Source: a virus
DNA: 64,000 nt
IMG/VR virus record: IMGVR_UViG_3300045988_168552
Strand: one strand, 5' to 3'
Positions 60,373-64,000 of this stretch are shown one piece after another; position 1 is the first letter of the stretch; every line of letters starts with the position of its first letter. The notes below the pieces were generated by a model. That model ran no database searches. It had not been told where the DNA came from and worked only from the letters and a program-made list of their open reading frames with translations. The position numbers and the translations under genes are program-made.

Positions 60373-61227
60373 TTAATATCGCTTTGCGTCTTCCCTATTC
60401 TTAAACCATATAGACGAGAGATAGCCGTTCTCGCAGCTATACAGCTTAATCTCTATACCGTTAAGGTTCTTATAATAGAAGGTAACCACATCGCTCTTGC
60501 TCAGGAAACCATTGATAGTAACCTTGCCGTTCTTCGTGGTGTAGGTAGTAGTATGATCGCTGACACTCTCTATCACCATGTGCATGGTGCCATCCTCGTT
60601 AAACGTCATGGAAGCCATGCAGTTCCTCTTCTTTCCATCCTCGGCATTGGTATAGGTAACGACGCAATACCAGGTGCCGCGCAGCGCCACATCGTGGTCC
60701 GTCTCGTCCGAAATATCATCCAGCGAACTGCCGCATCTCATCTGGCATTCATTGCCGTTGGCGAAGGTACCTACAATCAGCGGGCGCATATCGATGCTTA
60801 TAGATACCCTGCTGCCCGTAATCTTGTTGCTCTCCTGCAGATGCACGCCCGAGATAGTCTCATTCAGCAGATTGCCGATATTGAAGCTTTCCGGTGTGCC
60901 CACCTCGAAGCGGGTAGTAAGCTTGTCGCCATCCATCTGCCAGTAGCCGAAGGCGGTGTTAGGCTCTCCGAAGAGACCGCCCGGAGTCCATTGCCCGCTG
61001 CCCTCATAGTAAACCATGTGGTTCTTGTAGTAAGAATAAGTGCCGCTGGTACTGTTTATGGTCCACTCGTTGCCGGCAAGATATTCCTTCACCTTTGCCG
61101 CATTCTTCTCACTCTCGTCCTCGCTGCTGCTGCAAGCTGCCAGCGAGGACGTAATCATTCCCGCAGCCACCACTGTGCAGATGGCCACCATGGAACGTTT
61201 CATCATAGACAAAAAGTTCTTTTTCAT
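60373..61227 (-). CDS. lipoprotein (284 aa)
   Basis: The signal peptide ends in the lipobox 'LAAC', followed by a Ser/Asp/Glu-rich linker. Confidence 0.8.
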   Translation of the reverse strand: MKKNFLSMMKRSMVAICTVVAAGMITSSLAACSSSEDESEKNAAKVKEYLAGNEWTINSTSGTYSYYKNHMVYYEGSGQWTPGGLFGEPNTAFGYWQMDGDKLTTRFEVGTPESFNIGNLLNETISGVHLQESNKITGSRVSISIDMRPLIVGTFANGNECQMRCGSSLDDISDETDHDVALRGTWYCVVTYTNAEDGKKRNCMASMTFNEDGTMHMVIESVSDHTTTYTTKNGKVTINGFLSKSDVVTFYYKNLNGIEIKLYSCENGYLSSIWFKNREDAKRY

Positions 61228-61295
61228 TTCTTCATTCTTGTTTTAAGAGTTATACATTATTAATCATTCGATATTCATCCTTCATCCTTCTTCAT

Positions 61296-61757
61296 TCATC
61301 CTTCTTCGGGCAGCAGCACCACTCCCACCCTTACTTTCTTTCCGCAGTGGGGGCAGAAAGTGGAAGTCTGAATCATTTGCTGCTGGTTTTCTGATACCAA
61401 TCCGTTTTCGTGAACCGGATAGGCTGGCTCGCTCCCTGCTAGCTGCTGCACGAAATTCACGTCTCTTTCGATGAAACCTTCCGGCAAATCGCCACGAAGC
61501 GTTGCGCTCAGAGTTTGGCTCTCGCTTTCCGTTTCAGCAGGAATCTCTTTCGCCTCTGCCTCTTCCGCAGGGTCGGGATAGAAGAGGTCGGTGATGTCGC
61601 AGCCGATGGCGGTAGCAATATCCTCCAGCTTCTTCACAGTAGGATTGCCTTTTATAACTGATGTTAAGCTTTGAGGAGAGAGACCTAATTTCTCGCCAAG
61701 TTGAACTTGGGTTATATTATGATCAGCCAAAGCTCTTTTTATATCCAAGTGTTTCAT
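61296..61757 (-). CDS. XRE-family HTH regulator with C-terminal CPHCG tail (repressor candidate)
   Basis: 'ITQVQLGEKLGLSPQSLTSVIKGNPTVKKLEDIATAIGCDITDLF' HTH. C-terminal 'NGLVSENQQ...FCPHCGKKVRVGVVLL' is shared with the 63097 gene. Confidence 0.8.
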   Translation of the reverse strand: MKHLDIKRALADHNITQVQLGEKLGLSPQSLTSVIKGNPTVKKLEDIATAIGCDITDLFYPDPAEEAEAKEIPAETESESQTLSATLRGDLPEGFIERDVNFVQQLAGSEPAYPVHENGLVSENQQQMIQTSTFCPHCGKKVRVGVVLLPEEG

Positions 61758-61794
61758 ATTGCTTTATTTTTATTATATTGTTGCTTATGTGGTG

Positions 61795-61802
61795 CAAAAG
61801 TA
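61795..61802 (-). promoter_or_regulatory. -7 box TActTTTG for the XRE/lipoprotein operon
   Basis: Reverse complement of CAAAAGTA, 38 nt upstream of the 61757 start. Confidence 0.5.
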
Positions 61803-61873
61803 TAATATATTTTTATAATATACAAGTTTTTAGCCTAAAAAATGGTTAAAATAAAGATTTTTATTTAAGAACG

Positions 61874-61905
61874 TTTGGCAGTTTCGAGAAATCTCCGTAT
61901 CTTTG
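61874..61905 (+). promoter_or_regulatory. full Bacteroides-type promoter TTTG-N20-TAtcTTTG, divergent from the XRE gene
   Basis: TTTG at 61874-61877 and TATCTTTG at 61898-61905. Confidence 0.55.
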
Positions 61906-61911
61906 CACCGT

Positions 61912-62101
61912 TTAAAAAATAAAAAAACGGAAATAGAGTGTATAGTATCGAAGCACATGACGTGTCTCTGATACAGAGACTGCGTATAGATATATGGCAG
62001 TACGAACTCCCCTGCTTGCGATGTAATGTCGCTGGCGTGGTAAGCTCTTATACACTCGAGCGTTTTTTTACCATTAGACAAGGGGTTAAGGACGTACTGC
62101 C
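61912..62101 (+). ncRNA. candidate structured leader/ncRNA
   Basis: Long-range helix 61936-61944 / 62049-62057 followed by a T7 run (62063-62069). Internal 7-bp hairpin at 61964-61980. Competing 9-bp helix 61996-62004 / 62093-62101. Confidence 0.3.
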
Positions 62102-62155
62102 TCTTTATATATAAATATGTGCGTCAATGTCTAACAAAAAATTAGTAGTGTAAAT

Positions 62156-62344
62156 ATGACAGAAACAACCATTACCCTACCAATGGGTAAAGCTGACCTC
62201 CAGGAGGCAGCCACGGCAGTAATCGAGCAGCTTGCCACTGCACCACCCGACACTGGGAGTATGAGTCAAGAACAGTCCATATCCTATAATATGGGCTTGA
62301 GTATCCTTTTTACGTGTTTGCGCTCCACTTTTGTGCAAGCATGA
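62156..62344 (+). CDS. possible small protein (62 aa)
   Basis: ORF track only. Confidence 0.3.
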   Translation: MTETTITLPMGKADLQEAATAVIEQLATAPPDTGSMSQEQSISYNMGLSILFTCLRSTFVQA

Positions 62345-62372
62345 AGTTTCACCTTTTAAAGAGATTTAGATT

Positions 62373-63020
62373 ATGAATCAGTTAACTAAGAAAAGTAGTG
62401 AGAGTGAGATTAAGGCATACTTCGAGGGTATTGCTAAGTTGATGCAGAGTAATGAGCAGTTTCCAGTTAACCTGGAAGACGTTTGGCAATTGGTATATTC
62501 TACCAAGGGAAAGGCTGTGCAGACCCTAAAAAGAAGCGAATTGTTCATTGAAGATCTTGATTACCAATCATTTAACCAAAAGGTAAAGCGAGGAATTGGC
62601 GGTACAACGAGAGCTGAGTATATGCTTTCCGTCCCTTGTCTAGAGTTCTTCATCGCCCGCAAGGTTCGCCCGGTGTTCGAGGTTTACCGCAAGGTATTCC
62701 ATAAGGTAGTGGATACGGTACAATCAGCTACCATTTCTACTTTCCAGCCTGTCAGTTTTACCGATACCCTGGAACCGTTGGCAGAACTCAACCGCAGCAT
62801 CATGGATCGTTTCAAACGATTGAATGAAATGACTGGCGGTTGCCCGAGTGTAACCCAGGCATGGAATGCTTATTATAAAGAATATGATATGTACCGTTGC
62901 AATATTTGCGACCTCATCTTCCTGGAAGGTGTTGCCAAATGCGACGGAATAGAGTATCTGAAGGCTGTAAGATACACCAATGGAGATGATTCCATTCCGA
63001 TACCTATGCCTAAGATATAG
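62373..63020 (+). CDS. antirepressor-like / phage regulatory protein
   Basis: 'FPVNLEDVWQLVYSTKGKAVQTLK...AEYMLSVPCLEFFIARKVRPVF' resembles Bro/KilA-type antirepressor N-domains (from memory). It lies between two XRE genes. Confidence 0.4.
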   Translation: MNQLTKKSSESEIKAYFEGIAKLMQSNEQFPVNLEDVWQLVYSTKGKAVQTLKRSELFIEDLDYQSFNQKVKRGIGGTTRAEYMLSVPCLEFFIARKVRPVFEVYRKVFHKVVDTVQSATISTFQPVSFTDTLEPLAELNRSIMDRFKRLNEMTGGCPSVTQAWNAYYKEYDMYRCNICDLIFLEGVAKCDGIEYLKAVRYTNGDDSIPIPMPKI

Positions 63021-63045
63021 GCAACAAAAAGCCCCGCACGACATG

Positions 63046-63088
63046 CAAGGGCAGAAGCTCCTAGCCCAGGGCAGCGCCCTGGGCTATA
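63046..63088 (+). repeat. MITE/REP-like element, truncated copy C
   Basis: 'CAAGGGCAGAAGCTCCTAGCCCAGGGCAGCGCCCTGGGCTATA' matches the central part of copy B. Confidence 0.65.
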
Positions 63089-63096
63089 TTGCCTGT

Positions 63097-63525
63097 TTAT
63101 TTTGCCTCTTGAATCATTACCACACCCAGTTTTACTCTTGTGCCACAATGCGGACAGAAAGTTTCAGCCTGCATCATGCAGTTTGCCGGAATCATCGTTA
63201 CTCCCTGCTGGTTTTCTGTAACCAATCCGTTTTGTGGAATCTGATGGGCAGGCTTATCGGCTGCAGGTTCTTTGTTCTGCTTATTTTCGGCATTTGAGAA
63301 TAGATCATCCTCGTCTGTAGGAAAGAACATTTCACGTGGGTCTATATCCAAAGCTGTAGCTATGCGATAGATGGTGTTTGTTGTCAGCGACTTGTTGCGA
63401 AGAAACTGCGACATTGATTGTGAAGACATACCGCATTTTTCGGCAAAAGCATTTGTGCCCAAGCCTAATTTCTGCATCAGCTTGCGGAGATTGATTTCTG
63501 ATTTTGGCTTAATATTTTCTTCCAT
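63097..63525 (-). CDS. XRE-family HTH regulator paralog with CPHCG tail
   Basis: HTH 'LRKLMQKLGLGTNAFAEKCGMSSQSMSQFLRNKSLTTNTIYRIATALDIDPREMF'. Start moved to Met15 (63525) because the track start lies inside the -7 box. Confidence 0.75.
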   Translation of the reverse strand: MEENIKPKSEINLRKLMQKLGLGTNAFAEKCGMSSQSMSQFLRNKSLTTNTIYRIATALDIDPREMFFPTDEDDLFSNAENKQNKEPAADKPAHQIPQNGLVTENQQGVTMIPANCMMQAETFCPHCGTRVKLGVVMIQEAK

Positions 63526-63564
63526 AATTTCTTTATTTATATATATAATCTTTAATTGTCGGTG

Positions 63565-63572
63565 CAAAGGTA
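63565..63572 (-). promoter_or_regulatory. -7 box TAccTTTG
   Basis: Reverse complement of CAAAGGTA, 40 nt upstream of 63525. Confidence 0.5.
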
Positions 63573-63909
63573 ATATATTTATTTGATTTTTGCAAATATT
63601 TCTAGTTAAAAGTTATATATTTATTTGTTTTTCTATATATTTTTTGATTAAACAGTTTATATTTTAGGTATTTTTTTATTTAAGATTTCAGATAGCACGA
63701 ATTATTTCTGAATAATTTTAAATCCCCTTTAAACTATTGGTATTTAAGGTTTTACGAGAGATAGCCTTTTGTTTTTACCGCCCGATAGGAGAAGATAAAT
63801 AATTGATAATTAGAGAAATCCCAACCTCAGAGAAAACCCGAGAACCTTCATTCAGCCGCGAGACCCCCCGCCGCCCTGAGATGGCTGCTCCCTGCCCGCC
63901 TGTCTGGCT

Positions 63910-64000
63910 GGTGGCTGGAATATGCCCCCACACGTTTGGAGGGTGCGAGGCGGTGCGGCGGTGGCTGGATGATGTCTCCCAGGGGTGCGAGGCGGTGCGG
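63910..64000 (+). repeat. GC-rich tandem repeat running off the window
   Basis: The unit GGTGGCTGGA(A/T)(T/G)ATG..GGGTGCGAGGCGGTGCGG occurs twice (63910-63959 and 63960-64000). Confidence 0.6.

Noticed and set aside
60553-61263. 236-aa plus-strand ORF opposite the lipoprotein gene
   Set aside because: The minus-strand product has a clean lipoprotein signal peptide. The plus ORF is His/Arg/Ala-rich shadow.
1-64000. Genome-wide stop-codon reassignment (TGA or TAG recoding, as in some gut phages)
   Set aside because: TAA, TAG and TGA all terminate ORFs right before the next start (TGA at 4212, 23546, 34083, 35985 and 46053). Only one in-frame TGA (31177) looks suspicious.
1-64000. Prophage boundaries, integrase, tRNA genes
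   Set aside because: No tyrosine or serine recombinase motifs, att-like direct repeats at flanks or cloverleaf-like sequences were recognised. I cannot tell whether this is integrated, episomal or a virion genome.

Overview
The window looks like most of the genome of a large tailed dsDNA phage or prophage. No integrase, att site, tRNA, rRNA or CRISPR array was recognised. The host is probably a Bacteroidota, Prevotella/Bacteroides-like: leaders are A-rich and lack Shine-Dalgarno sequences, and many genes are preceded by the Bacteroides-type -7 box TAnnTTTG. No search tool was run, so all family calls rest on motifs read by eye and recalled from memory.

Gene order, left to right:
- 0-4.6 kb: rightward small early genes, including a GNAT.
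- 4.9-9.3 kb: leftward packaging operon with large terminase and a beta-class DNA methyltransferase.
- 9.6-17.6 kb: holin-like gene, two unknowns and a 2031-aa tape measure protein.
- 17.6-18.6 kb: non-coding, origin-like iteron region, followed by a primase-like gene.
- 20-21.5 kb: guanylate-kinase-like and ThyX-like genes.
- 24.4-28.1 kb: head module with an S49 protease/scaffold fusion and the major capsid protein.
- 28.4-31.5 kb: LysR-regulator cassette with Cys-rich proteins.
- 31.7-34 kb: GH108 endolysin and an SSB-like protein.
- 34.1-36.9 kb: C5-cytosine methyltransferase locus.
- 37.1-59.2 kb: long virion operon with a portal candidate, a 968-aa protein, a ketoacyl-ACP synthase plus ACP, a 2963-aa tail fibre, and two paralogous receptor-binding-like genes.
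- 60.3-63.6 kb: immunity-like region with a lipoprotein, two XRE paralogs and an antirepressor-like gene.

Most unusual observations:
1. A circularly permuted C5-MTase core is flanked by nine translationally coupled mini-ORFs, each resembling a single target-recognition domain.
2. An intact-looking KS + ACP pair sits inside the tail operon.
3. A conserved RNA-type hairpin repeat family marks module boundaries.
4. The iteron-rich origin candidate contains GTGGG phased at 11 bp.
5. A C7 tract frameshifts one of the two receptor-binding-like paralogs.
6. An 87-bp multi-hairpin, MITE/REP-like element is present in three copies.
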